From a virus: DNA of 64,000 nucleotides. Within the stretch, counting starts at the first letter, position 1, and every line of letters starts with the position of its first letter. Shown here piece after piece: positions 46,808 through 56,110 of this stretch. Made by a program: the position numbers and the translations under genes. Below the pieces are notes generated by a model. The model had not been told where the DNA came from. It saw nothing but the letters and a program-made list of their open reading frames with translations, and did no database searches. The DNA lies in the IMG/VR virus record IMGVR_UViG_3300037826_000038, positions 4,766-68,765 of that record. One strand, given 5' to 3'.

Positions 46808-47432
46808 GGGACTGGTATTACTGACAGCTATACTATTACTGCTAGGGACCGGGTGTGACGCGATTGACAATCATGCCCAGCGAGCCGCCGACCTCGCCGA
46901 GGCAGAACGGATCGCCACGGAGGCCGAAGCCAATGAACGGAAGATACAGGCAGAGGCCGAGGCTGCCGCCAAACTGACACAGGCTCAAGCCTTTGCCGAT
47001 GCAGAACGTGCCAGGGGAGAAGCCACCCGAATTCAAGCACAGGCCGACAAGGACAGGGCCGCATCTGAAATTCAGAGGGCGTTAGGGGACCGAGCAATCA
47101 GTGAGGCCGTTGCCGGACAGGTGGACGCGAATTCCGAGTTTATCCGGGCTCAGGCGACGGTAGAGCGTGCTCAAGCGTCTCAGTACAAAGCCAATACATG
47201 GGCGATCTACGCGTTAGCCGGCGCCGGGTTGCTGATGATTGTGGGCGTTGCGTTGCGGCTGATCCTAGCCGGAATTGCAGATGTGAGTGAACTCAGACGC
47301 GATCACCGAATTATCGAATATCAACAACAACCCACTCACCAGCTACCTCGATCGACGTTGGTTGCGGCACAATTAGTCCCTCAACGTGACAGCAGACGAC
47401 ACCAGTTGGAGAGGATGGACGCTGATGGCTGA
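46800..47432 (+). CDS. Lipoprotein with coiled coil and C-terminal TM helix
   Basis: Lipobox LLGTGC, Ala/Glu/Gln-rich heptads, WAIYALAGAGLLMIVGVAL. Confidence 0.7.
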   Translation: MNKGLVLLTAILLLLGTGCDAIDNHAQRAADLAEAERIATEAEANERKIQAEAEAAAKLTQAQAFADAERARGEATRIQAQADKDRAASEIQRALGDRAISEAVAGQVDANSEFIRAQATVERAQASQYKANTWAIYALAGAGLLMIVGVALRLILAGIADVSELRRDHRIIEYQQQPTHQLPRSTLVAAQLVPQRDSRRHQLERMDADG

Positions 47433-48681
47433 TAATAACATTGCAGCAGCAGGTTGGGGCTCTGGTCAAAAGAGCATCGAGATTCAGGGAGGGAAAGAGC
47501 GCGAATTCGATCTCCCGAGAATGCACACCCGCGACCGGTTCAAGCGCCGGATTCAGGGGGGCTTGTTCTGGCTGGTGCTGATTCCGGTTGTGGTGGGACA
47601 ATGGTTTGCCGTAGCAGTGACGTCGTGGATTGCTACGGTAGTGCTCAATCCGTTGGGCAGATACGACCCGGAGACCGATAGGATGCTCCGGCGTTCCAAG
47701 AAGGCCACGTCTCTGCGGCTGGGAATGATTGTCGGAGTTGCGTTTCTCACGCTGTGGGCGGTGAGCGTGGGATTCACTGACAGGTTGTGGTATCCGGTGT
47801 CGTGGGGTTGGCGCTGGCACGATGCATTGATGCCGGTCACACTAGGCCGGTTCATCCACAGTATCCCCGTCAAATATCTGGACCTATCAGTCATGGGTGC
47901 ATTAATCGCCGTGCTGTTGGCCCTGTTGGGACGCGGGTTTGCCAAAAAGGACGCCAAGGGCGTGCAGAAGGGGGCGCTGTCGGCATTCTTCTGGTTCTGT
48001 GTGGTTGTGGTTCCGCTGTGGTTTATAGGCATAAGGTCATCAGTGTCACCAGCGTGGGTGCTCAAGCCGGTGCGTATCAACCTACCGATGTATGCCGTGA
48101 TTCTGCGGTTCGGGCTGCCGGTGATTGTGTTCAGGGCATGGATGGAAACCATGGACGATCTGGACCGCCGACAGTTGGCCGAGGTCCTGTTCCCCGGATC
48201 CAGTGGGATCACGTTCCCCAAAATTGACCCCTCGGTCATTGCTGACATTTTCGGCAGGGATGTTCGGCTGCCGGGAGAGGGAGAGGCTCAGGACACGGAG
48301 AGCGAAGCGGTCACGACCGTCTGGTCTCCCGACGACCTGGACGAGGTAGCTGCCCACGACGCCAGAGACACCCAACGCCAGAACGGTACGGTCTACATCT
48401 ATGACGTACCGACGCAGCTACTTGCCGGGGACACCCCTGAGGAAAAACTGGCGGCCCAAGCCGACTTTGCCCGGTTTGTGCTGGACAATCCCGACGACCA
48501 TTTTAGCCGGTCCCGGTGCGAGCGGTTCTTCCGGTCCCAACCGGCAGCCAGGGAGTTCTTCGAGTACCTACGAGAGCGGGGCTTTGCAACCCATACCAGC
48601 CCCACCGATCAGCAGCTATTGGCGATCGGGCGGTGGCTAATGGGGCAGTTGGCCCGGTACGACGAACTTGAAACCTCATAA
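47425..48681 (+). CDS. Multi-pass membrane protein with soluble C-terminal (winged-helix-like) domain
   Basis: About five TM segments, acidic linker, helical C-terminal domain. Confidence 0.65.
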   Translation: MADNNIAAAGWGSGQKSIEIQGGKEREFDLPRMHTRDRFKRRIQGGLFWLVLIPVVVGQWFAVAVTSWIATVVLNPLGRYDPETDRMLRRSKKATSLRLGMIVGVAFLTLWAVSVGFTDRLWYPVSWGWRWHDALMPVTLGRFIHSIPVKYLDLSVMGALIAVLLALLGRGFAKKDAKGVQKGALSAFFWFCVVVVPLWFIGIRSSVSPAWVLKPVRINLPMYAVILRFGLPVIVFRAWMETMDDLDRRQLAEVLFPGSSGITFPKIDPSVIADIFGRDVRLPGEGEAQDTESEAVTTVWSPDDLDEVAAHDARDTQRQNGTVYIYDVPTQLLAGDTPEEKLAAQADFARFVLDNPDDHFSRSRCERFFRSQPAAREFFEYLRERGFATHTSPTDQQLLAIGRWLMGQLARYDELETS

Positions 48682-48794
48682 CCTTACAACACCCCCTGTC
48701 GGGCGAGGGCTTGGTTGGGGGCTTGGTTGGTTGGTCACAGCATACGTTTTAGGGGTCCCCCACCGAAAATCGGAGCAGGGGACCCCGTTTAATG

Positions 48795-48834
48795 TTAAAC
48801 AAAGTCGTTGATGTTTGGTTTATATATGTAAACC
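48795..48834 (+). promoter_or_regulatory. Promoter motif (copy 5)
   Basis: TTAAAC 48795-800, GGTTTAT from 48817. Confidence 0.75.
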
Positions 48835-48860
48835 TTTTAACCATACGCAGGGAGGCTGTA

Positions 48861-49304
48861 ATGCCAGAGAAAGACCGGACATGTGAGATCAGATACGTAA
48901 TCGGGGATGCTCTTGAACGTCCCCAGGTTGTCCCCCATAACGACGCGCCCAGGTATTATGTGGAGGGGGGACAGACGATCCCGGAGGACTGGGAGATTTA
49001 CAATGCCCCCCGCCCTTTGGGAGGACATTTGACGTGGTTGGACACCGATGGCCCGGGTGGATGGTTCTGGGCGGCGGTGGACCCGGAGGGCGAGTTCGCC
49101 GACGAGTACCGGGACCGGTTGTACCAGAATGATGCCCGGCAACTGGTCTGGATCAGCGAGGACCAGTTCTACGACGTGGTACAACGGTACGCCGACAGCA
49201 CCTACGGGGAGGGCAGGTTCGATGCCCGTGAGTTCAATATCAGAGAACTGTACTCCACGTTCGGAATGGCTGTCGAGGAGGGGTTCGATCCCCAGGACAA
49301 CTAG
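48861..49304 (+). CDS. Hypothetical protein
   Basis: GGGAGG RBS after the promoter motif. Confidence 0.7.
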   Translation: MPEKDRTCEIRYVIGDALERPQVVPHNDAPRYYVEGGQTIPEDWEIYNAPRPLGGHLTWLDTDGPGGWFWAAVDPEGEFADEYRDRLYQNDARQLVWISEDQFYDVVQRYADSTYGEGRFDAREFNIRELYSTFGMAVEEGFDPQDN

Positions 49305-49439
49305 GCATAGTACCAAGGTACTAGCACCAACCGGGGCAATTCTAGGCAATTTGTGAAATTGCCCTATTTGCCCCTTGACATTATAATGTTTTAGGGTTAT
49401 AATGTAAGTGAAGTTAAGTAAACACTACACACCGGGAGG
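49303..49439 (+). promoter_or_regulatory. Repeated early promoter cassette with perfect sigma70 consensus
   Basis: TTGACA 49375-80, 17 bp, TATAAT 49398-403. Confidence 0.9.
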
Positions 49440-49445
49440 CGAGAG

Positions 49446-49733
49446 ATGACACAGGATCGTATGCTAACAGATCAGCAAATGGAGGCCGCAAAGGAGTTCG
49501 TTATTAACAATGTCGCAAATCTTTACAACCCGGAGGATGCAAATCAGGCTCGGGAATTAGTTGAGTACCTCGATTATTTACGCGGTTTGGGTGCAGAGAT
49601 CGTGATCGGAATGGCCATGAACTGGGAATCATATCGGCCAGCTCCAATCATGCGCGGACATGGATGCGTGCCAAAACTAGAGAATCGCGCGCAGCAAATG
49701 CTTCGCGACGGAATGTTTCCGCCTGTTGAATAA
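49446..49733 (+). CDS. Hypothetical early protein
   Basis: ACCGGGAGG RBS. Confidence 0.7.
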   Translation: MTQDRMLTDQQMEAAKEFVINNVANLYNPEDANQARELVEYLDYLRGLGAEIVIGMAMNWESYRPAPIMRGHGCVPKLENRAQQMLRDGMFPPVE

Positions 49734-49737
49734 CCAC

Positions 49738-49767
49738 TCACCGGGGCCGGTCAGCACGACGGCCCCA
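49738..49767 (+). repeat. 30-bp intergenic hairpin repeat (second copy 50378-50407)
   Basis: TCACCGGGGYCGGYCAGCACGACGGCCCCA, 28/30 identical. Confidence 0.85.
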
Positions 49768-49788
49768 CCTATCAAATCGGAGGATGAA

Positions 49789-50223
49789 ATGGCAGAACTA
49801 GAATTCAGGGGCAAGGTCTACGAAGTGGAGACGGATGAGTTCTTTGGAACTCATCACGTAAAGATCGATGCCGAAACCTGGACCATGGGCAAGGGATCGA
49901 CAGAAGCCGAAGCTATGCGTAAATTCCACGCGGCAATCGCGCCCGCCCAGAAAGAGTGGGAAGAGGCGCACCCTCACTGGGGAGAGCGCCCGGACGGTCT
50001 GGAATTTGAGGGCGACGTGATCCGCGAGTGCGAGCGATGCGGGCAAGGACAGGTGCGACGCACAAACGCGCACCTGAAAGTATGCAACCATTGCTTCACG
50101 GCGTGGGATTACGGAGTCCCCGCCCGAGGGGTTCCCTGGTCTAGGCTAGCAAGGTGGGCCGCAAACCCAGACGACGCCTTAAAGTCCGAAGCAATGGGTG
50201 AGTTTGTCAATTCGCTCTACTAG
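49789..50223 (+). CDS. Hypothetical protein with zinc ribbon
   Basis: CERC..CNHC; GGAGG RBS. Confidence 0.65.
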   Translation: MAELEFRGKVYEVETDEFFGTHHVKIDAETWTMGKGSTEAEAMRKFHAAIAPAQKEWEEAHPHWGERPDGLEFEGDVIRECERCGQGQVRRTNAHLKVCNHCFTAWDYGVPARGVPWSRLARWAANPDDALKSEAMGEFVNSLY

Positions 50224-50241
50224 CTCTGAAAGGGGTCAAAA

Positions 50242-50376
50242 ATGAGCAACTGGGATTGGGAATGGGTGTGTATCGAGCCTGACTGTTCTTTCCGGGGCAC
50301 GAAGGAAGAAGCTCGGCAACACGAAGAGGAAACTGGCCATGAATGCATTGCTGATGATCAGGATGTCGAGTGGTAA
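50242..50376 (+). CDS. 44-aa C2H2-type zinc-finger protein (below ORF-track cutoff)
   Basis: MSNWDWEWVCIEPDC..HEEETGH; AAGGGG RBS. Confidence 0.55.
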   Translation: MSNWDWEWVCIEPDCSFRGTKEEARQHEEETGHECIADDQDVEW

Positions 50377-50411
50377 ATCACCGGGGTCGGCCAGCACGAC
50401 GGCCCCAATCC

Positions 50412-50450
50412 TTAAACACAGCTATTAGTTTTTGGTTTATGCATGTAAAG
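50412..50450 (+). promoter_or_regulatory. Promoter motif (copy 6)
   Basis: TTAAAC 50412-17, GGTTTAT from 50434. Confidence 0.75.
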
Positions 50451-50479
50451 CGATCAGATCAACTAACCAGGAGGATACG

Positions 50480-51082
50480 ATGACAGTGAACATTCGATGC
50501 GACGAGGACCGTTGTTTTGCCAGTAGCCCCTATCACCCCGACTTGCACAAGGAAGAAGCAATGGACAAGCAAACCTACACGATCAATGACGAAAAGCCGC
50601 CTTTGCGAGAACTGATTGGGCGCAGGTTTGATGACGTGCGCGATCTCCGCGAGCAGGACCTCGATCACCTGCAGGACGCGATTACCATTCGGCGTAATGA
50701 GATCATGGCCTCTCGTCTGGAAAAGCGCGGCATCCAGACGAGAATCTGCAAAGACTTCGACGACGGTCCCGCATACCATTTCTCCTACATATTGGTCTGC
50801 GACCCTGAAGGTGAGCTCCCGAACGAATGGGCTGACCTGGGTGAGGCACGCCGATTGCTGGATACGGCCCGTAACCTGGGACCTGCCGAAGCGTTCCGAC
50901 GCTGGCGTGAGAAGGTCGCCCCACTAGCGCACGAGACGTACACCCGAGCCGACGCTCTTCGTGACGTGCGCGCCGAACGCGCGGAAGCTGATCAGATGTA
51001 CAGGGACGGGCAGATCGATGCAGAAACCCATCGGATGATGCACCGCGATGCCCGTGATTACCTGGACATGGCAGAAGAATGA
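50480..51082 (+). CDS. Hypothetical protein (alternative start 50561)
   Basis: AGGAGG RBS; ATGA overlap with the helicase. Confidence 0.6.
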   Translation: MTVNIRCDEDRCFASSPYHPDLHKEEAMDKQTYTINDEKPPLRELIGRRFDDVRDLREQDLDHLQDAITIRRNEIMASRLEKRGIQTRICKDFDDGPAYHFSYILVCDPEGELPNEWADLGEARRLLDTARNLGPAEAFRRWREKVAPLAHETYTRADALRDVRAERAEADQMYRDGQIDAETHRMMHRDARDYLDMAEE

Positions 51083-53163
51083 CCCTCCTCGTCAAACCGG
51101 AAGAGCAGGTCTCGACCCAGACGGCGTCGCTGCGCATCGATGGCGACGTCGTCTCGGTCGTGCTCCCGGATCGCGACCCTCGGTTCGTGAACGTCGTCCG
51201 GTCCTTATCATTTCGTTGGGACCGATCGCGCTACGCCTGGGTCCGGAAGGTCGGCAAGTTCACCGGATCCGTCGAGGACCGTGCCGCCGAGGCAGGGCGC
51301 GCTATCCTCGCTGCCGGCTTCGGCGTCGATTTCCCCGACGAGGCGGTCCAGGACAAGGCCGTCTCCGGCGATTACGAGCCAGAGGTCCGCCGCTGGGTCC
51401 TCGCTGCGACCGGTGGTGAGTACAAGGGGTGGTTTCTCCTCCGGTGGGGCCGCCGCCGTGACGAGGTCAACTACTACACGCGGGCCAAGAAAATCACCGG
51501 TGCATGTTACGACCGTAACGCGCATGCGGTCGTCGTGCCGTCCGATCAATATCGCGAGGTCGAGGACTTTGCGCAAATGCACGACTTCCGTTTCTCCCCT
51601 GGGGCTCACGCCCTCGTCACTGAGGCCAAGCAGCGCGAGGCCAAGGCCCTGGTCGTCGCCGTCGAGTTCGAGGATGCGGACGACGGCGGGCGCCGCTGGC
51701 GACGCCCTACGCTTGACGAGCCCTCCGGCAAGCCGCTCCCAAAGTTTATCGACTACCGGGGTGTGGACTTCGGCGTGACGACCGCTCTCTTCCGCCATCA
51801 GACACAGGCCGTGGAGAAGCTCGCGCCTCTGACCGTCGGCGGGGCATTTATGGAGATGGGGACCGGAAAGACCCGCGTTGCCATCGAATTGGCGCATCGC
51901 CGCCGGCGCCGTCTCAGCGGCGTCGTGTGGTTCTGCCCCGTCTCGCTCAAGGCCACGATCCGCCATGAGATCCACAAACATACGGCGGACTCGGCGGTCT
52001 ATGTCTTCGACGACAACACGACGATCCGCTCGCTGCCGCGTGCAGATTGGTACATTGTCGGCATTGAATCGATGAGCAGCTCGGACCGGACGGTCCTGGC
52101 CGCCAACGCCATCATCGATGAACATTCGATGGTGGTCGTCGATGAGTCGTCGAAGATCAAAAACCACGACGCCAACCGGACGCGTAGGATTACCAGCGTC
52201 GGGGGGAAGGCCCGCTACCGGATGATTCTCACCGGCACGCCGGTCTCCCAGGGCGTCGAGGACCTCTACGCGCAATTGCGCTTCCTGTCGCCGGAGATCC
52301 TCGGGTACAACTCCTACTATAGCTTCGCAGCCAATCACCTGGAATACCATCCGGATTATCCCGGTATGGTCGTCCGGGCGCACAACACCGCCTGGCTGGC
52401 CGCCAAGCTGCAGCCGTACGTCTACCAGGTGACCAAGGACGAGGCCGGGCTGGATCTCCCCCGCAAGGTCCACGAAGCGCGGTATTTCGACATGACGTAC
52501 GAGCAGCGGGAACTCTACGAGCGGGCGAAGTACGAGCTGCTGATGATGCTGCCGGACGACGAGATTGACAGCTACGCCATCTTTCGGCTGTTCGGCGCGC
52601 TTCAGCAGATCACGAGCGGCTTTTGGAATCGCGACGGGGAAGTGATCGCCGTTGACCACGACCGCCTGGGAACCGCGCTGGCCGCCGTCGATAGCATTCC
52701 CCCGGAGGCCAAGGTGATCATCTGGTGCAAATACCTCCGCAGCCTTCACGCCCTGGCCGGTGCCCTGCGTGCCGAGCATGGCGAGGAAAGCGTCGCGCTC
52801 TACTACGGCGATCTCAACGAGCAGGAGCGCGAGGCAGAGCTCAACCGGTGGCGATCTGAGGCCCGCTTCCTGGTGGCCACCCAATCCACCGGCGGCTACG
52901 GCCTGACGCTTAACGAGGCGCACCACGTGCTCTTCTACGAGAACGGATTCAGCTACGCCGAACGCCTCCAAGCCGAGGACCGGTGCCACCGGATCGGCCA
53001 GGAGCACCGCGTCACGTACGTCGACGTGACCTGCGAGCGGTCCATTGACACCCGGATCCAGCAGGCGCTGGACAGCAAGGAGAACTTCGCCGCAGCTTTC
53101 CGCAGACAAATCGACCGAGTCAAAGACGATCCGGCTAAGGTTAAGGAACTCATCAACGCATAG
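51079..53163 (+). CDS. SNF2-family helicase with HARP-like N-terminal domains
   Basis: MEMGTGKT, VVDESS, LTGTP, GGYGLTL, QAEDRCHRIGQ. Confidence 0.93.
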   Translation: MTLLVKPEEQVSTQTASLRIDGDVVSVVLPDRDPRFVNVVRSLSFRWDRSRYAWVRKVGKFTGSVEDRAAEAGRAILAAGFGVDFPDEAVQDKAVSGDYEPEVRRWVLAATGGEYKGWFLLRWGRRRDEVNYYTRAKKITGACYDRNAHAVVVPSDQYREVEDFAQMHDFRFSPGAHALVTEAKQREAKALVVAVEFEDADDGGRRWRRPTLDEPSGKPLPKFIDYRGVDFGVTTALFRHQTQAVEKLAPLTVGGAFMEMGTGKTRVAIELAHRRRRRLSGVVWFCPVSLKATIRHEIHKHTADSAVYVFDDNTTIRSLPRADWYIVGIESMSSSDRTVLAANAIIDEHSMVVVDESSKIKNHDANRTRRITSVGGKARYRMILTGTPVSQGVEDLYAQLRFLSPEILGYNSYYSFAANHLEYHPDYPGMVVRAHNTAWLAAKLQPYVYQVTKDEAGLDLPRKVHEARYFDMTYEQRELYERAKYELLMMLPDDEIDSYAIFRLFGALQQITSGFWNRDGEVIAVDHDRLGTALAAVDSIPPEAKVIIWCKYLRSLHALAGALRAEHGEESVALYYGDLNEQEREAELNRWRSEARFLVATQSTGGYGLTLNEAHHVLFYENGFSYAERLQAEDRCHRIGQEHRVTYVDVTCERSIDTRIQQALDSKENFAAAFRRQIDRVKDDPAKVKELINA

Positions 53164-53177
53164 AGCAGAAAGGAAAG

Positions 53178-53705
53178 ATGATGGATAGATACGAAGTCGA
53201 GTTGGCGAGTGAGTTCTGCGATGTTTTGTTTGCGACTTTATCTGCGGTCGGTTTGTTTCCTGACGACCCGGCAGCTCCGGATCACGAGTTTGAGGAGCCG
53301 GGCTTGTTGTTGGTCAAGCGTCTACGTCAGTACGATGATCCCGAGCCGGGTTATTTGGAATGGATCTCTGAGATTCTGCGTCGTGAAGACGCCGAACACC
53401 GAGAAGTCACATTCCCAGAGCTGATGGTCCTACGGTCATGGGTTATCGAGATGTCCTACGAGTTCAATGATGAGATGTACCGACATCTGGAGAAATCTCT
53501 GTTGGCAAGGGCAAGGCAATGGCAGTTTTCGCTTAAGAAAAACCTTCTCAGCTTGGCAGACGCTGAATCAGAATGGGGGATGTCGAACCTTCGCCAGAAT
53601 GCACGGGGGCGACTTCCGATGTGGAAAGTTGGTCGAAATTGGGTGACCACCAGAACTGCGATGTGGACGACGTTTGGAGAACCGGAGGGAGAATACGACC
53701 TATGA
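53178..53705 (+). CDS. Protein with C-terminal helix-turn-helix (excisionase/MerR-like)
   Basis: LLSLADAESEWG..LRQ..WKVGRNWVTTRTAM..FG. Confidence 0.65.
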   Translation: MMDRYEVELASEFCDVLFATLSAVGLFPDDPAAPDHEFEEPGLLLVKRLRQYDDPEPGYLEWISEILRREDAEHREVTFPELMVLRSWVIEMSYEFNDEMYRHLEKSLLARARQWQFSLKKNLLSLADAESEWGMSNLRQNARGRLPMWKVGRNWVTTRTAMWTTFGEPEGEYDL

Positions 53706-54394
53706 GTAAGACGCTGTTTGACACCCTGGTCGACGATATCGTCGACCAGGGGCTTGAGTTGGCCAAGCAGATAGAGACGCTTCCAGAGGAGCAACGTATC
53801 AGGGCGCTTAACCGTGTCAGGACCGCGCTTCATAGGGTTAGTCCTTTTAAGGACGAGCCGATAGATCTGGTCCTGTGGGAAAAAGGTGAGCGCGTCAAAC
53901 CAAACGATTACAACCCCAATGTCGTCCATCGCCCGGAGATGAGGCTCCTCGAAGAGTCCATCGACGTGGATCATATGACACAACCGGTTGTCACGTCCTC
54001 GCCCGATGCGGATCCTCACGTAGACCCCAAACCAATAGTCGATGGCGAGCATCGATACATTATATGCACCGATGTAGGCCGGATACACGCACGGCTTCGA
54101 GGATATGTGCCGATCACAATCGTACCGGCAGACACAGAGCAAGCGCAGATGGCGAGCACGGTTAGACACAACCGTGCTCGCGGGGTACATAAATTAGACG
54201 GCATGACAGACATTGTTCTGTCAATGCTGCAAGCTGGATGGGAAGACGACGAGATTGCCAACGCGATGGGTATGGATGCCGACGAAATCCTTCGCCTCAA
54301 ACAGGTCGCGGGTGCAGCGGAGGCGTTCAGACGTCCGATGTACAAAAGAGCCTGGGTTTTCGATGATGGACAAACAGAAATTGAAACACCTTGA
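53702..54394 (+). CDS. ParB/Srx-like protein (IbrB-like)
   Basis: PNDYNPN, IVDGEHR, MASTVRHNRARGVH, LGMDADE-like HTH, RLKQ. Confidence 0.88.
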   Translation: MSKTLFDTLVDDIVDQGLELAKQIETLPEEQRIRALNRVRTALHRVSPFKDEPIDLVLWEKGERVKPNDYNPNVVHRPEMRLLEESIDVDHMTQPVVTSSPDADPHVDPKPIVDGEHRYIICTDVGRIHARLRGYVPITIVPADTEQAQMASTVRHNRARGVHKLDGMTDIVLSMLQAGWEDDEIANAMGMDADEILRLKQVAGAAEAFRRPMYKRAWVFDDGQTEIETP

Positions 54395-55028
54395 ACAGTG
54401 GCGCGTCCGCGGTATTTTCGCACAGGACCGCTGCGAGCTATTTGAGGCGGCGGCGGAACAGATTTTGCAAGCTACCGGTCTCACCAGGGTCGTCTATTTG
54501 CATGACGAAGGTGGTGACATTCGTTTTGCTGGTGCGGACGAAACTTTTGTCCTACAACATATGACCAAGCGTTACACAGACCTACTAGCCGCTATGGATA
54601 CCATCAACGACGAGACCCTGTTGATTGTCGATGACGTCGAAAACATACAGAGGTATCCAATCTCAATGACACGCCACATGATCAATCATATTGCCAGTCA
54701 AACGCGGTATAAGATTATTGGAGGAGCGTCTTTGTTAGAACGTCACTTTTATGATCTGTACGCACCGTTCCACGTACTGGACCGGCGCATTCTCTGGGCT
54801 TCGCATTACTGGGCCCTCAAGGCTCAACATCGTGAAGTTTCTGTTTTTGACGGTCGTACCGTGGTTGAAAACAAAGACATGGCATACACAGCCAGAAAAA
54901 TCAAGCCGTTTGTCTATTTTGATTTGCAACCGGACTCGGACAACCCGTTACAGGTTGAGTTCTATGGCGATTTGCGACGCGCACCTATAATGCCCCGCAC
55001 GCAGGATATGGAGGACTTGAAGTTGTGA
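54363..55028 (+). CDS. Degenerate SNF2 N-terminal-domain paralog (no Walker A)
   Basis: LIVDD, DLYAPFHVLDRRIL, KIKPFVY align by eye with VVDE, DLYAQLRFLSPEIL, KLQPYVY of the helicase. Confidence 0.6.
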   Translation: MMDKQKLKHLEQWRVRGIFAQDRCELFEAAAEQILQATGLTRVVYLHDEGGDIRFAGADETFVLQHMTKRYTDLLAAMDTINDETLLIVDDVENIQRYPISMTRHMINHIASQTRYKIIGGASLLERHFYDLYAPFHVLDRRILWASHYWALKAQHREVSVFDGRTVVENKDMAYTARKIKPFVYFDLQPDSDNPLQVEFYGDLRRAPIMPRTQDMEDLKL

Positions 55029-56104
55029 GTAAAATCTACCTACTGCAGAATGTGTACGAAGCCGCTATCGAGCGTCTTAGATTCGTCAGAGAAAACTTCG
55101 ATCGCGTTGTTGTTGCCTTCAGCGGCGGCAAAGATTCAACGCTAACACTGCACTTGGCCATGGAGGTATTCAGTGATTTCACGGTCTACTTCTGGGACAA
55201 GGAAAGCAACTTGATCTCCACGGCGGACTTTATTCGTGATATATTCGATACTCTCTCTGGGCGGGTCGAACCTTATTGGTTCGCGCTTCCATTTAGGATG
55301 CGCAACGCACTAAGCGTTTATGAACCGTATTGGTACTGTTGGGACCCCTCATGTGTTGACCGCTGGATCTATCAGCCACCAGACCGTTCGTATGTCTATA
55401 TGAGAGATCGAAATATTCTGTCTTCATATGGATACAACCCCGATCGGCATAATTTATATCGGCTCTTCGCAGAACATATTAGCGAGCGCGGAAAATACAG
55501 AACCGCTATTCTCGTCGGCTTGCGCACCGACGAGTCACTGAATCGCTTCCGGGCAGTCACCAAAAACCCACAAATGGGAAAAACATGGATGACAAAAACG
55601 GACGCAGATGGCAACAACTGTTTCAATGTGTATCCGGTTTATGATTGGTCCTTCGGTGATGTCTGGACCTATATCGCTGAGAACAATGTCCCCTACGCGC
55701 CTGTTTATGACCAAATGCACAAAGCTGGTATTTACAAACGCAATATGCGGATTTCGCAATCTTTCTGTGACGTTAGCAAAAAGGGACTGCCGGCAATTCG
55801 AGAAATCGAGCCCGAGTCTTTTGCGAGGTTCGCGCAACGCGTCGCCGGTGTGAACTCGCTTACCCATGTTGACCTCGAAGAAGTTATCAAGGCGGCAGAA
55901 GGTATAAGTTACGATTTCCTTTTGCAGCTTTACCCTGCTGATGTACGAGAAGAAGTTGAGACTAGGCTTGAACGCAGCCCCACGCTCGATGGAGAAGACC
56001 GTAATGTTATTCGTGCGTTGCTCAACAATGACATCCGCCTGAAACGGGTAAATCGTTCTCGGCGCAATGGGGCAGCGGTTAAGGAGAAATATAGTAACCT
56101 ATAG
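55025..56104 (+). CDS. PAPS-reductase/PP-loop family protein (IbrA-like)
   Basis: VAFSGGKDS, WYCWDP, VGLRTDESLNR, YPVYDW..DVW, RVAGVN. Confidence 0.88.
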   Translation: MSKIYLLQNVYEAAIERLRFVRENFDRVVVAFSGGKDSTLTLHLAMEVFSDFTVYFWDKESNLISTADFIRDIFDTLSGRVEPYWFALPFRMRNALSVYEPYWYCWDPSCVDRWIYQPPDRSYVYMRDRNILSSYGYNPDRHNLYRLFAEHISERGKYRTAILVGLRTDESLNRFRAVTKNPQMGKTWMTKTDADGNNCFNVYPVYDWSFGDVWTYIAENNVPYAPVYDQMHKAGIYKRNMRISQSFCDVSKKGLPAIREIEPESFARFAQRVAGVNSLTHVDLEEVIKAAEGISYDFLLQLYPADVREEVETRLERSPTLDGEDRNVIRALLNNDIRLKRVNRSRRNGAAVKEKYSNL

Positions 56105-56110
56105 GAGGTT

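Noticed and set aside
51208-53109. 633-aa minus-strand ORF and many other long antisense ORFs (e.g. 17626-18600, 24121-24849, 31417-32139)
   Set aside because: Shadow frames of GC-rich genes with clear motifs on the opposite strand; no RBS or domain signal
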